In this document: one piece after another, positions 46,553 to 57,900 of the stretch
How the letters are laid out: each line of letters begins with the position of its first letter
Numbering within the stretch: position 1 is the first letter of the stretch
From: Candidatus Omnitrophota bacterium
GTDB taxonomy: Bacteria > Omnitrophota > Gorgyraeia > Zapsychrales > Zapsychraceae
Reading direction: 5' to 3'
NCBI GenBank assembly: GCA_015233115.1
Contig: JADFYJ010000008.1
Location: 40,506-104,505 of the forward strand
Length of the DNA stretch: 64,000 nucleotides
The notes under the pieces: model-generated
What the model saw: only the letters and a program-made list of their open reading frames with translations
Told to the model about the DNA's origin: nothing
The model's database searches: none
Position numbers and translations under genes: made by a program

Positions 46553-48205
46553 TTACGGAGGAGTTAATAAATCTTTTTTGACTAATACCTGTTTTGTGTT
46601 TTTTGAAAGGGAAGAGGTTTTTTCTAAGGTGTAGGCCGTATATCCGAATTTCTCGGGGTTGGAGATGAAATCGAAAAATTGTTTATCATTTTTGAATCTT
46701 GAGTCCAGCGTCAACGGTTCAGAAACCACGACCATATTGATAGACAAACGTTTCATAAATGGAAAAAATTCTTCATTATTTTCTTTCGCGTATTCAGGAT
46801 AATCCACGTAATTATCAGATAAGTAAAAATTTAAACCACCCTCGGCTTCCAATAAATTAACCGGTTTATTGATTTTTAGCGCGTCGATGAAATGGATGGT
46901 GCTTTCGGTCGGTTTCTCAAGGGTTTTTGTTTTGTTATAAAAGAAAAAACTGCTGGGAGTCACGCAAAAAAGAGCCGCGCTTATAATCAAGGCGGTTTTT
47001 TTAGACGGCAGGGCATCACTGATATGGGATGGTTTTAAAAGTATCCCTAAAGCTATCAGGAGCATGATGCCGGTAAACAAAAGATAATGGGTCCGTGGAT
47101 AAATAATGAGAATGGATATAAAAGAGGTGAATAAATAAGCGGCTATAAAAAGGAGCGGCCGCGTGTTCTGGTGAAAATTATTTTTAAGCGGAATGAGTTT
47201 TTTGTTGAATAAGAAAATTAAATAACCAAAAAGGGTGGTTATTAATATATAGGCTTCCGCGTTGGTGTTAACAGTCGGTGGTAAAATGATATTGGCATGC
47301 ACCATAAAACTTTTGAATATTTGTTTGAAGGTGTGGGGAATGTTAGCTAAAACGTGTTTAATAAATAATCCTGGATTGTAAAGAAAGGCTTCTTTTATGT
47401 TGTGGGCTGTCCCAAAGTTTTTTTGTATGATTTCATACCAATTGGTCCAGGGGTTTAAATTAGAGTGAGTCCAGTGTACCCAATTTAATGAAAAGTGCTG
47501 ACCAAAAGCGCAGAAACTGCGGTCTTCACTAGAGAAGTGAAACGGGACGCCTCGACATAGTTTTATCATGACCAGGGAAAAAATAATAACAGCGAATAAG
47601 ATCAAATAATCTTTGAGTTGATGCGTCTTTATTTGTACCGCGAAAATTGTGATATAGAAGGTTAGTAAAATCAAAAAGGAAAGAAAGAGTTCCGGACGGA
47701 TATACGCGCCTAAAAGAGCGCCGGTTACGGCAATCGCGAGGCTGGAGGTGAATTTTTTAGGAATGACAGCTAAGCCTAAAGACAAGAGCACGATGATTGT
47801 GCCAAAGTGATAAATTTTAGTATAAACATCAAGATTAACCTGCGCGATCAAAATAAAAAACGCCATCAGGGCGGCAGGCAGAAGTGCGATTTTATAAATT
47901 CTGGATATTCCGTAAACGGCAAGCGGGAGGAGAATAGTTAAAATTTGCTGGTTGAAATAGTATAACGCCATCCGGTTTTTTATGAACAGCGAAAGCACGC
48001 AATACCACGCGGAATATAATGGCCCGGCTTGTGGTCCCGCTGCTCCCGTTTTTAACATTGCCAATCCGTTGACCAAATATCCCGCCTCATCACACATTCC
48101 CAGGTCCATCATGCGATTCATGCCAAAGGTGAATTTTAAACCGCATAAGATTAAAGCCGCGAATATAAAAAGATCACTGTTACGAGCTGATAATTTTTTA
48201 AACAT
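46553..48205 (-). CDS. GT-C fold membrane glycosyltransferase, ArnT/PMT-like (paralog D)
   Basis: Start set at MFKKLS (RBS GGAGAT). DE motif (GMCDEAGYL). Polytopic. Last gene of the minus-strand sugar operon. Confidence 0.5.
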   Translation of the reverse strand: MFKKLSARNSDLFIFAALILCGLKFTFGMNRMMDLGMCDEAGYLVNGLAMLKTGAAGPQAGPLYSAWYCVLSLFIKNRMALYYFNQQILTILLPLAVYGISRIYKIALLPAALMAFFILIAQVNLDVYTKIYHFGTIIVLLSLGLAVIPKKFTSSLAIAVTGALLGAYIRPELFLSFLILLTFYITIFAVQIKTHQLKDYLILFAVIIFSLVMIKLCRGVPFHFSSEDRSFCAFGQHFSLNWVHWTHSNLNPWTNWYEIIQKNFGTAHNIKEAFLYNPGLFIKHVLANIPHTFKQIFKSFMVHANIILPPTVNTNAEAYILITTLFGYLIFLFNKKLIPLKNNFHQNTRPLLFIAAYLFTSFISILIIYPRTHYLLFTGIMLLIALGILLKPSHISDALPSKKTALIISAALFCVTPSSFFFYNKTKTLEKPTESTIHFIDALKINKPVNLLEAEGGLNFYLSDNYVDYPEYAKENNEEFFPFMKRLSINMVVVSEPLTLDSRFKNDKQFFDFISNPEKFGYTAYTLEKTSSLSKNTKQVLVKKDLLTPP

Positions 48206-48210
48206 GTGAT

Positions 48211-48933
48211 TTATCTCCGTTTTGAAAAGCGGTGGTTTAATGCCAGAAAATACCATTTCAAATAACGCGGCAGCCATTTAAATAATTTAAAGTTGGATTT
48301 GCCGGCTGTCCGGTCATGCCATATCGTCGGGATTTCTGTCACTTTGAATCCTTGAAAAAAAGCTTTGATGGTGATTTCCATTCCTAATTCAAAACCGCCA
48401 TTGCTTTCGATTTTAATTTTTTGGAGAACTTCCGGAGCATACATTTTGAAGCTGTTGGTCGCGTCATGGGTTGGCAGGCCTGCCAGATAATAAAGAGATA
48501 CGCCCGCTAAACGGGAAAGCATTTTTTTAAACCATGGGCCGCCCACTTGTCCACCGCCTTTCATATAACGGGAACCGCAGACAATATCCGCTCCGGCATT
48601 GAGTTCTTTAAACATCATGGTAACTGAGCTGAGATCGTCGGATAAATCCGCCATAGTCACCAAAGCCGGGTTATTTCCGGCAGATTCAAGGCCAGTTTTA
48701 ATGGCATTTAAAGCTCCGCGTCCGTATTTATTGGGGAAGGGATGGATATGCCGGGCCTGGTGAGCTTGAATATATTCGGTAACAGCAGGCAGAGTAGTAT
48801 CTTCGGGGGAATCATAAATAACTAATATGGCGTGGGGCAAAAGGACATTTTTTTTGATTTGGTCTAAGGTCGTTTGGATGACGGGGCCTTCATTATAGAC
48901 AGGAATAACAATCGTTAAGCTGTTAAAACGCAT
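48211..48933 (-). CDS. GT2 polyprenol-phosphate glycosyltransferase (DPM1/ArnC-like)
   Basis: LTIVIPVYNE, ILVIYDSPEDTT, MADLSDD GT-A DxD-type pattern. Confidence 0.75.
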   Translation of the reverse strand: MRFNSLTIVIPVYNEGPVIQTTLDQIKKNVLLPHAILVIYDSPEDTTLPAVTEYIQAHQARHIHPFPNKYGRGALNAIKTGLESAGNNPALVTMADLSDDLSSVTMMFKELNAGADIVCGSRYMKGGGQVGGPWFKKMLSRLAGVSLYYLAGLPTHDATNSFKMYAPEVLQKIKIESNGGFELGMEITIKAFFQGFKVTEIPTIWHDRTAGKSNFKLFKWLPRYLKWYFLALNHRFSKRR

Positions 48934-48936
48934 GAT

Positions 48937-49956
48937 TTAAATTCCACCTAAAGTGATTTGTTCTTTGACCCAGGGAATGATCTCATCCAGCGCAGTGCTT
49001 AAGGATGTATCCGCGTTGAATCCCAAAATAGCTTTGGCTTTTTGAATATCAGGAACGCGCTTCTGCACGTCGTATTTGAACGGATTGTCCGAAACAGTGC
49101 GAAATGGCTTATGGGGATTAATTTTTTTCCAGATCACTTCAGCCAGTTCCAGGACAGTTGTTGATGCCGGCGTTGACAAATTAAAATCTTCATTAAGGGC
49201 TTTAGGATTTTCCGCGCATAAGCGGATGCCGCGGGCTAGATCTCCGCCGTAGGTATAATGGCGGATCTGTTGTCCGTCACCCAAAATGTGTAAAGGATCC
49301 TGTCCTTTTAATACTTTTTGTACCAGATCAGGAACCACATGGCTCATGGCGAGTTTTACGTTTCCGGACATGATTTCTTTATCCGTAATGGCGCGTTTCT
49401 CGCCGGTACCAATGCAATTAAACGGCCGGATAATGGTAAAGGGCATTTTATATTGTTCCCAAGCTCCTTTGGCAAAATATTCGCACGCGAGTTTTTGAAA
49501 ACCATACGTTGATAAAGGCGGCGGGCATTTTAACTGTTCACCCTCAGGAGTAGGAAAGGTGGATGAAGATTCAAAGACCATGGACGATGACATCACATTG
49601 ATTTTTTTTAATTTTTTATTTTTAAATGCCCAGAGGGCAGAGTCAAAAGTCGCGGCTGTGATGCGTTCATTTTCAGCTAAGAGGTCATAGGCTAGTTCGT
49701 GGAATAACGATATCCCGCCGATAATCGCGGCTCCGGCGATAATTTGGTCGCAATCCGTGATCAAGGTTTTCATAAGTTCAACATTTTTGACATCACCTTC
49801 GACAAAAGTGTAGTTGGGATGGTGGTCATAACTTTTAACCACTTTGCCATATTTTGAATAATTATCGATTCCCACCACCTGGTGTCCGTGATTGAGCAGT
49901 TCTTCAACTAAATATCCCGCGATAAAACCGCTGGAACCTGTGACTAAAATTTTCAT
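48937..49956 (-). CDS. NAD-dependent epimerase/dehydratase (extended SDR, UDP-sugar 4-epimerase / UXS-like)
   Basis: MKILVTGSSGFIAGYL Rossmann motif. Y-x3-K region present. Confidence 0.8.
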   Translation of the reverse strand: MKILVTGSSGFIAGYLVEELLNHGHQVVGIDNYSKYGKVVKSYDHHPNYTFVEGDVKNVELMKTLITDCDQIIAGAAIIGGISLFHELAYDLLAENERITAATFDSALWAFKNKKLKKINVMSSSMVFESSSTFPTPEGEQLKCPPPLSTYGFQKLACEYFAKGAWEQYKMPFTIIRPFNCIGTGEKRAITDKEIMSGNVKLAMSHVVPDLVQKVLKGQDPLHILGDGQQIRHYTYGGDLARGIRLCAENPKALNEDFNLSTPASTTVLELAEVIWKKINPHKPFRTVSDNPFKYDVQKRVPDIQKAKAILGFNADTSLSTALDEIIPWVKEQITLGGI

Positions 49957-51149
49957 GAGATTTTTCCGCCTTTGTTAAAAAAATTCCAGACATCGACCAC
50001 CTGGATACGCTCTGGAATATGCAGAGAACGGTATTCTTGGTGCGGGGTGCCAATAATGAGAATGTCGCATTTTTGGATCAGCGTGTCCGTGGAAACAAAT
50101 TCCGGATCTTGAATATAAACATCGTGACAAAAAACTTCGGCCGCTTCCACCGTTAAAATCTTTTTCAATTTATAGGATAAAGATTCGCGTTTATCATCGA
50201 TATTGGCTTTAAATGCCATCCCGAGGATGCCGATGGTTTTTGATTTTAAGTCGATTTTGGATTTGAGTTGAGCGACAATAAAATTAGGCAAGCCTTCATT
50301 GATCAACATGGCGGAATGCCCTAAGAAAAAATTATTGTTGCTGAAAGAGGACAACTGCATCGTGTCTTTAAACAAACAAGGTCCCGCCGCAAAGCCTGCT
50401 TTAGGAAAAGCTTTTGCCCGCGGATAATTATGCGTGATCGCGTCATAGATTTTGTAAAAGTCCAAGCCATTGCTCGCCGCGATTTGATAAAATTGATTCG
50501 CGGTCGCGAACATGATATAGCGCCAGGAATTAGTGAACAGTTTGGCTAACTCTGCCTCCATGGGCGTTAAACGAATAATGTCAGGAGTGAGTTTTTTAAA
50601 TAAAGCTTCTGCTTCTTGATACGATTCTTCGTCAAACGCGGAAATGATCTGCGGCAAAGAACGCAATTCTTCCATGCCTTTGCCTTCGGCCAACCGTTCG
50701 GGGCAAAAAGAAAATTTGACGTTTTTGTTATGTTTTTTAAGATAATTTTTAACGTTTTCGGTTGTGCCAGGATAAACCGTACTGCGTAACACGACATGCT
50801 GGCCGTCCTGAATATCATCAATAATTCCGTCGCAAAAATCAATAAAAATGCGGTATTGGGGGTTAAGATATTCATCAACCGGGGTGCCAATCACGACCAT
50901 GATATAGTGGGCTTGACGAATGACCTTTTTATCGCTGGAAATAAAAAAATTTTTATTAAGAGTTTTTCTGAGGATGTCTTCAGCGCCGGCTTCAATAAAC
51001 GGAATTTTTCCGTCCGCAATTGTTTTAATAGCGGTCTTATTGATATCATAAGCCACCACTTTCATTCCCGCGTTGGCCAAAGATATCCCTAAAGGAAGCC
51101 CGATATGCCCAAGGCCGCCGATGACACATACATCATATTGAGAAGGCAT
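49953..51149 (-). CDS. UDP-glucose/GDP-mannose dehydrogenase-family nucleotide-sugar dehydrogenase
   Basis: VCVIGGLGHIGLPLG NAD-binding N-terminus. Catalytic Cys region GFAAGPCLFKD. Confidence 0.85.
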   Translation of the reverse strand: MPSQYDVCVIGGLGHIGLPLGISLANAGMKVVAYDINKTAIKTIADGKIPFIEAGAEDILRKTLNKNFFISSDKKVIRQAHYIMVVIGTPVDEYLNPQYRIFIDFCDGIIDDIQDGQHVVLRSTVYPGTTENVKNYLKKHNKNVKFSFCPERLAEGKGMEELRSLPQIISAFDEESYQEAEALFKKLTPDIIRLTPMEAELAKLFTNSWRYIMFATANQFYQIAASNGLDFYKIYDAITHNYPRAKAFPKAGFAAGPCLFKDTMQLSSFSNNNFFLGHSAMLINEGLPNFIVAQLKSKIDLKSKTIGILGMAFKANIDDKRESLSYKLKKILTVEAAEVFCHDVYIQDPEFVSTDTLIQKCDILIIGTPHQEYRSLHIPERIQVVDVWNFFNKGGKIS

Positions 51150-51394
51150 AATTTTTTTCCATTATAGAATTAATAATTGTCGTTATTTTATAGACCTAAA
51201 GATAACAAGTCAATATTTTATGGGAATATCTAAGCGTTTACTCATGCTTAGCGTATTTATCGCCAGAAGTTTAGCGGGTGGCTTTGGAGGGAATATTTTG
51301 GAATTACGTTTGACATTGCCGCGGCCGGTTGTTAAATTAAGGACATGGTTTTCTAAATTTTTTGTTAACATCTGAAGTAAAAAAGAGGAGAAAT

Positions 51395-51865
51395 ATGGTA
51401 AAAGTACTCAAGGTTTTCGCGTTGGCAGGGATCACGTTATTGGTATTTGCTCAGGCTGGGATGGCGCGCGAATTTGCGGACATTTATACGGATTGCGGAC
51501 TTGGCGCAATGATTGCCCCGAGAAATTCGGCTGTTGCCGCCGTGACTAACGTTACATGGGATTCGGGAACAACAGCAATTAGTTCGAATATTACTTGTCC
51601 GGATATGTGCCGGGGCGGAGAAGGCAGACTTGCTTCTTTTATCAATGATTCTTATGAATCTATTGAAAAAGAATTGGCCAGCGGAAGCGGAACATATCTT
51701 GACACGCTCGCATTGTTAGCCGGATATGACGCGCAAAATAAAGGACAATTTATCGAAAAATTACGAGGCGATTTCGCTAAATCTGTCTCAGCTCCTAAAT
51801 ATACGGACCAAACACATTTTCAAAAAGCGGAATCGTTGTATAATTTAATTTATAAGAATTCGTAA
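51395..51865 (+). CDS. Hypothetical small secreted protein
   Basis: Signal peptide MVKVLKVFALAGITLLVFAQAGMA. Confidence 0.45.
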   Translation: MVKVLKVFALAGITLLVFAQAGMAREFADIYTDCGLGAMIAPRNSAVAAVTNVTWDSGTTAISSNITCPDMCRGGEGRLASFINDSYESIEKELASGSGTYLDTLALLAGYDAQNKGQFIEKLRGDFAKSVSAPKYTDQTHFQKAESLYNLIYKNS

Positions 51866-51866
51866 T

Positions 51867-53744
51867 TTGTTAAATTCATTTACGAAAATCAAGATTCTTA
51901 ACACCGCGAGAGTTATCCTTTTTTGCGCCATGTTTTTTGGGGGAGGAAAACCGGCGCATGCGGATTCGTATCAATCTGTTCTCGATACAGCGAAAAAACT
52001 TCATCTCGCTCATCATCCCACTTGGCTCAAATTGATCCATTATCCGTCAGCCGGAAAACAAAGTGTCGTGCTGACGGATAATTTTTTTTTAGCGCCTGAC
52101 GGAAGAACGAATCCTGACGCAGAATTGACCGCGACAATAAAGGCCTATTTTTATCCCGCACAAAAAAAGGGGGACGAAAATCCCCGGTGTAAATACCCGG
52201 CACGGTATTATTGGCTTTCTCATCAATTAACATTGCCGGACTATGAATTAAGGAGCGGCCAGTGTGAACGCTTGGAAAACTGGGCGCTGTTTGATAGTGT
52301 CAAGTCTGTGAGTTTGCTGTTAGTCAGTGGATATTTAGGTAATCCTGCTTCAACTTTTGGGCATGCGCTTCTCAAACTTAATACAGATTCGAATGATGAT
52401 CAATTGGGGTTGTTCGATCTGACTTTGAACTATGGGGCTTTGGTGCCAAAGAATGAATTTGCTTTGCGGTATGTTATCAGCGGACTTTTTGGCGGATATC
52501 GCGCAGGGTTTTCAGATAAATATTTTTACACGCAGGATATGGTATATTCGCGGACCGAATTCCGGGATATGTGGGATTACCGGTTGAACCTGACAGATTA
52601 TCAGCGGACTTTATTAATCTTACATATTTGGGAAATTGTGGGGAATAAGTTCGCTTATTATTTTTTAAAAGAAAATTGTGCTTACCGGTTAGCAGAATTG
52701 GTTGAATTGGTTACGAATGAAGATTTGACGCACAATGGACGGTTTTGGTATTTGCCGGTTGAATTGTTTTATCGATTAAGCGCTATTCAATCCATTCATT
52801 ATATTCCTTCTAGTCAACGTGTTCTTTATCATCAATTGAAACGCTTGAATGCTAATATGTTAAAGGTGTTTAATGCCATAATTCATAATGGTATCAATTC
52901 AATGTCTGTTCAATTATCAGCTTTAACTAATGACCAGAAGATTTTGGTTTTGGACAGTTTACTGGCTTATCAAGAATACCGTCTGATCGCTGAACAACCA
53001 CATCCCAGCCGGGAGAGGAAGGCTGCCAAAGATAAAATTTTACTGGCACGGTTACAGCTTCCGGCACAGGCGATTCCGCTGGTAAAAATTCCGGCATTGC
53101 CTTCTCCTGCCGAAGGTTCACGCCCAATGGAATGGGGGATGAGCGCGGCCATGCAATCTGATAAAAAATGGTTTTCTCTTCTCCAGTGGTCCCCTTTTAA
53201 AAACGAAATGGTGGGGCGCAATAGTCTAGAGGGCGACGAGCTGGTGGTACTGGATTTGGCCGCGGGATTTTTAGAAAAGGAACACAAAGCGTTTATTGAT
53301 TCAGTAGATATTATCCGTGTTCTTCATTTGAATACTTTATCTGTTGTTCAAGCGGATGAAAATCGATTATCTTGGAAAATACGGATCGGATCCAACCGGG
53401 TTGAAGAAGGAGATAAATATCGTTATGACGGGGTGATGAGTTTTGGGGCTGGTCCGGCGTGGAGATGGAACCAGATATTGACAGGCTATGCGATGGTTGA
53501 TATAGCCGCACATACGATTGATCCTTACGCGCGGTTACGTCCGAATTGCGGAATAAAAATTTCAACAGGTGAATTACGGACTTGGCTTTACTACGGTGCA
53601 GAATCATCGAATTATAAAGGTCAGTTGCGCGAGGTATGGGGAGGGAAAGTTCAATTTCAGGTGTCAAATCAGTCTTCAATACATATTGAAATTTCTAATG
53701 AAAAAGCCACAACAGTCTCAGCGGGATTAAGCTGGTATTGGTAG
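51867..53744 (+). CDS. Hypothetical secreted protein (625 aa), possibly outer-membrane associated (C-terminal ...SWYW)
   Basis: Signal peptide. No family recognised. Confidence 0.45.
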   Translation: MLNSFTKIKILNTARVILFCAMFFGGGKPAHADSYQSVLDTAKKLHLAHHPTWLKLIHYPSAGKQSVVLTDNFFLAPDGRTNPDAELTATIKAYFYPAQKKGDENPRCKYPARYYWLSHQLTLPDYELRSGQCERLENWALFDSVKSVSLLLVSGYLGNPASTFGHALLKLNTDSNDDQLGLFDLTLNYGALVPKNEFALRYVISGLFGGYRAGFSDKYFYTQDMVYSRTEFRDMWDYRLNLTDYQRTLLILHIWEIVGNKFAYYFLKENCAYRLAELVELVTNEDLTHNGRFWYLPVELFYRLSAIQSIHYIPSSQRVLYHQLKRLNANMLKVFNAIIHNGINSMSVQLSALTNDQKILVLDSLLAYQEYRLIAEQPHPSRERKAAKDKILLARLQLPAQAIPLVKIPALPSPAEGSRPMEWGMSAAMQSDKKWFSLLQWSPFKNEMVGRNSLEGDELVVLDLAAGFLEKEHKAFIDSVDIIRVLHLNTLSVVQADENRLSWKIRIGSNRVEEGDKYRYDGVMSFGAGPAWRWNQILTGYAMVDIAAHTIDPYARLRPNCGIKISTGELRTWLYYGAESSNYKGQLREVWGGKVQFQVSNQSSIHIEISNEKATTVSAGLSWYW

Positions 53745-53799
53745 GCAGATATTAATTTTTTTATTATAGCCGCGCGGTTTTTATGTTAAAATTTTTGCA

Positions 53800-54900
53800 A
53801 TGGATAAATTAAAATTTACAATTTTCGTCTGCTTTGTATGTACTGTTGTTTTATTTTACGCGATCTCTGAATTCGTGTTGACGCGGCTCGGCCTGCCTCG
53901 GGAATATCAGCGGCATAGCTCTCCTTTGCAATTCGCCTCGGTAGCTGACCCTGAAGTTGGATACGGGAACATCCCCAATGCTTCCATTGATTTCGTATAT
54001 GATGGCAATCCGCGGGGATATTTTTCCGCCGGTAATATGGTTTCCCACCACACCAATAATCTCGGATTCCGCGGTCCTCAGGTTGCTCTTTCTAAACCAA
54101 CTAATACCACGCGGGTTATGTTTCTCGGCGATTCGTTCACTTTTGGGGAAGGCGTACGGGATGAGGATACTTATGCTGAGCAGTTTCGGCGTTTAGCTAA
54201 CGCGCCGAATGGTCGACTGGCCCAAATTCCCGGATATAAACCAGTTGAGTCAGTCAATTTAGGCGTAGGCGGTTTTAATACCAGTCAGGAGTGGGCTTTG
54301 CTGAATGACGCGGGCAATAGTTTGTCGCCGGATTATATTGTCATTGGGTATACATTAAATGACGCGGAAGGGCGGTTGTTTACAATTGAAGACGGAAGGT
54401 TTGTTCGCGCAGACCGGGAAGCCCGCGTAGCTGAGGGATTAGCGACCAGGGTTGAAGCGCCGGCGTGGATAAAAATATTCCGCTTACATAAATTATTGTG
54501 GCAGGCTTATAACCAGTTTCAACTGTCTAAAAAAACCATCCAGCATTATGAGGATATTTACCGAACGAACGAACTGGATTGGCAAAAAACCAAATCCGCG
54601 TTTTCGTCCATCGGCACCTGGAGCAGGGAACATAAAGTCCCGGTTATTGTCGTGATTTTTCCCGTTTTATATAAGATAAACAACCATTATCCATTTGAAT
54701 CTATCCATAATCTTGTGCATGCCGAGTTGGACAAAGCAGGTTTGTCTTATATAGATCTTTGGCCAGCGTTAAAGCGTTATCGTGACATGGATTTGTGGGT
54801 GCATCCAACGGATCAGCACCCCAACGAGAAGGTTCACCGCATCGCCGCAGAAGAATTAGAAAAATACTTTTTAGCCCTTGTCCGAACTACCCCGTGGTGA
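53800..54900 (+). CDS. SGNH/GDSL-family hydrolase with N-terminal TM anchor
   Basis: GDSFTFG (block I), DQHP (block V D-x-x-H). Confidence 0.65.
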   Translation: MDKLKFTIFVCFVCTVVLFYAISEFVLTRLGLPREYQRHSSPLQFASVADPEVGYGNIPNASIDFVYDGNPRGYFSAGNMVSHHTNNLGFRGPQVALSKPTNTTRVMFLGDSFTFGEGVRDEDTYAEQFRRLANAPNGRLAQIPGYKPVESVNLGVGGFNTSQEWALLNDAGNSLSPDYIVIGYTLNDAEGRLFTIEDGRFVRADREARVAEGLATRVEAPAWIKIFRLHKLLWQAYNQFQLSKKTIQHYEDIYRTNELDWQKTKSAFSSIGTWSREHKVPVIVVIFPVLYKINNHYPFESIHNLVHAELDKAGLSYIDLWPALKRYRDMDLWVHPTDQHPNEKVHRIAAEELEKYFLALVRTTPW

Positions 54901-54913
54901 GCCTGTCGAACCA

Positions 54914-57900
54914 CTACCATCGGGTCAAAGCGTTGACGATATGGCTCAATGAAGCTACGCTCTGAGCGTTCACGGCACAGGACTTAGTTTTTTTAGCCGG
55001 CTTTTGGGTTTGGTACACATAATCCATATATAACCATTTCCCGTCGATGCAAGTGTATAACCGTACATAAACCGGCTTACCGTTTAAAGGAATCTCTTTA
55101 ATAATTTTATGTGTACGGTCTTTTTTAAAGAATTTGTTGAAAATGTCTCCTGATCCCACCGACGTTCCAATTTTAAGACCGTAAGCTTTGACGTTTTTTA
55201 CTTTTTCCCAGATAAATTTTACTTCCTCATCTTTAATAACTGTTCCAGCGGTTGGTTCTAATAATTTGCTGATGGTTGGCTGTGGTACGGGCGGTGGTGG
55301 CGGAACAATCACAACCGGCGCAGTGACAGTTATAGTAATCATTTGTGACGCAATCGCATTTAATGGATCCGCCGCTGAGAAGACAAGGAAATATGATCCG
55401 GCCTGCGGCGGAGTCCATTCAAAAGTGGCGGTTCCATTGCCCTGGTCTGTCCACTGGGCTCCCAGGGTTGTCACCAAATCCCCGTTTTGCTGTTTAGCTA
55501 TCATTGTTAATTTATCATTGTCCTCGTCGGAAGCTGATACGGTAAAAGAGAGAGGCTGATTCGCGGTCACAGTTTTGTCGCTTAAGGCATTCAAAACCGG
55601 AGGATGGTTTTCTTTGAAAAGAAATATATCCGCGTTATTGTTGCGTCTTTCCGACCAGGCGATATTGTTGTTATTGATAACGGGATCGCCCCGGTTAAAT
55701 ACGTATTGAGTGATGGGGGTGGAGGTTTTAGCCGTTAAATCGTATATGATGATATTTTTCCCTGTCGTGGCGCTCGTTCTCCAGACAATTTTATTGCCGG
55801 ATATGCTAGGGGCATAATGGTGTGCCGCGTCTGAAGTTAATTGAGTGGTTACTTGGGTCGTGACATCATACATGAAAATTTGCCACCAATTAGCTACGGA
55901 TTCTTGCCAGACAATGATATTAGACGCTACGTTTGGAGTTGTATCATTGGTGGTCGCGGTAGAGATCTGTTTTTCCAGAAGAGTATTGAGGTCGTACATA
56001 TAAATGTCCCAATTGCCGTTGCGGGAATCTGCCCAGACGATAATATTATTCCAAATTTTTGGCTGTTGATGTTTTCCCGCGGCGGTGGTGATACGCTGTT
56101 CTGTCCGCGTATTTAAATTGTAAAGATAAATATCCGCGCCGCCGTTCCGGTCATCTTGATAAACAATTTTATTGTTTGATATGGATGGAAAACGTTGGTT
56201 GCCCGGAAGTGTTACGATCGGCAGTTCCTGATTGGCGGCTAGGTCGTATCCATAAATATCCCAGGTCCCGTTGCGTCGGTCTTCCCAGACCACGGTGTTT
56301 CCATCTACGCTAGGCATTTCTTTGCTGGCAGGATTGAAAGTAAGCCGTTGTTGTTTTTTGGATTTTATGTTGTATGCCGTGATTTCGGTCTGACCGTAAC
56401 TGTTGTCTCCCCAAGCCATCCAATCCCCGGAAATGGAGGGATAAAGTTGGTCTCCTATGTCAGAGGTGATTTGATGAATGAAGGGGGTTGCAGCCAAAAC
56501 CTGTATTCTCGTGATATCGAAAAATTCAAAATTATTAGAATTTGCGGTTACGCGTAAATCATAAATACCAGGCTGGAAATTATGGCTTGGTATTTGCGCG
56601 AGTAAATTATTTTGGACGGGTTGGATAAATGGGCCAGCCAACAAATCCCAACCAATAGTTCCGGAAACTCGGTATTCAAGGCGGTAATCTGTAAAACTAT
56701 GACCGAACGCGGAACCTTGAATATCAAACGTGTCACTGCTTAAGTCTAAATAAAAATTGTTAGCGGGCGCCGTGATTTGAGTGACGAGGGGGGCCGCCAC
56801 TTGCAAAGCTTTTGCCGCGTCAACCCGTCCATGTCCAAAGGTTGTGCTAAATCCGGTTCCGCTGATATCAGTGCTAGAAGCAAGGATCGTTTGACGGATT
56901 TCTTCATTGGAGAAAGACGGGTTTTGACTGGCAATTAAAGCTGCTACGCCTGATATATGCGCGGCCGCTAAAGAAGTTCCTGAGGCGTAGTCATAAATAC
57001 CGCCGACAGTCGGGGAAAGGATATTGACTCCCGGGGCGGCCACGTTAATGGACATGCCGAAATTAGAAGACGCGACTTTATTCATGTCATCCGATGCTGT
57101 TGAGGAAACCGCCATAATTTCTTTCATATTATTGGGGCTGTATTTGAGCACATCATCATTGTTGTCTCCCGCAGCGAAAATGACTAACGCGCCAGATTGA
57201 TAAGCATATTTGACAGCTTGTTCGATCAAAGCATTAGTTGGACACGGAGTGGGGTAGTACCAACTGCTATTAATGATTTTCGCGCCATTATCCGCGGCAT
57301 ATATCATTGCTTGAGCAAGGGCGGAATCATTGCCTTGTTGAGTAGCGCTGTCAAACCCTTTAAGGATCATGAGCTTGGCTAATGGAGCAACACCACCCGC
57401 GCCGTTGGTGTTCAACGCTCCGGATATAATTCCCGCGACCCGGGTGCCGTGTCCGTTCGTATCAATAGGAGCGCCTGTGGTATTAACAAAATCAAAACCA
57501 TGAATATCATCAATATAACCATTATTGTCATCATCTTGTCCATTGTCCGGAGATTCAAGGGGGTTAGTCCAAAAATGTCCCTGCAAGTCCGGTTGAGTAA
57601 AATCTACGCCGGTGTCAATGACTGCGACGACCACGTCTTGACCTTGTGATATTTGCCACGCGGCTGGCGCGTTGATCTTGGCTAAGCTCCAGGCTGGAAT
57701 ATAAGCATCCGGTATTTGTAAAGCCGCGAGTTTCATAGCGTGGTCAGGCTGGGCGTATGCCACATGATCATCAGCGCTGTAGGCTTGGGTGACTTCCTCT
57801 ATATTAGTGCCCTTGGGAACTTTGAAAATATAGACATTTTTAAGCGGATTTTTTTGACCTGGTTTTTGGATGCGTTTTGCCTGGCATTCTGAAAATAGGG

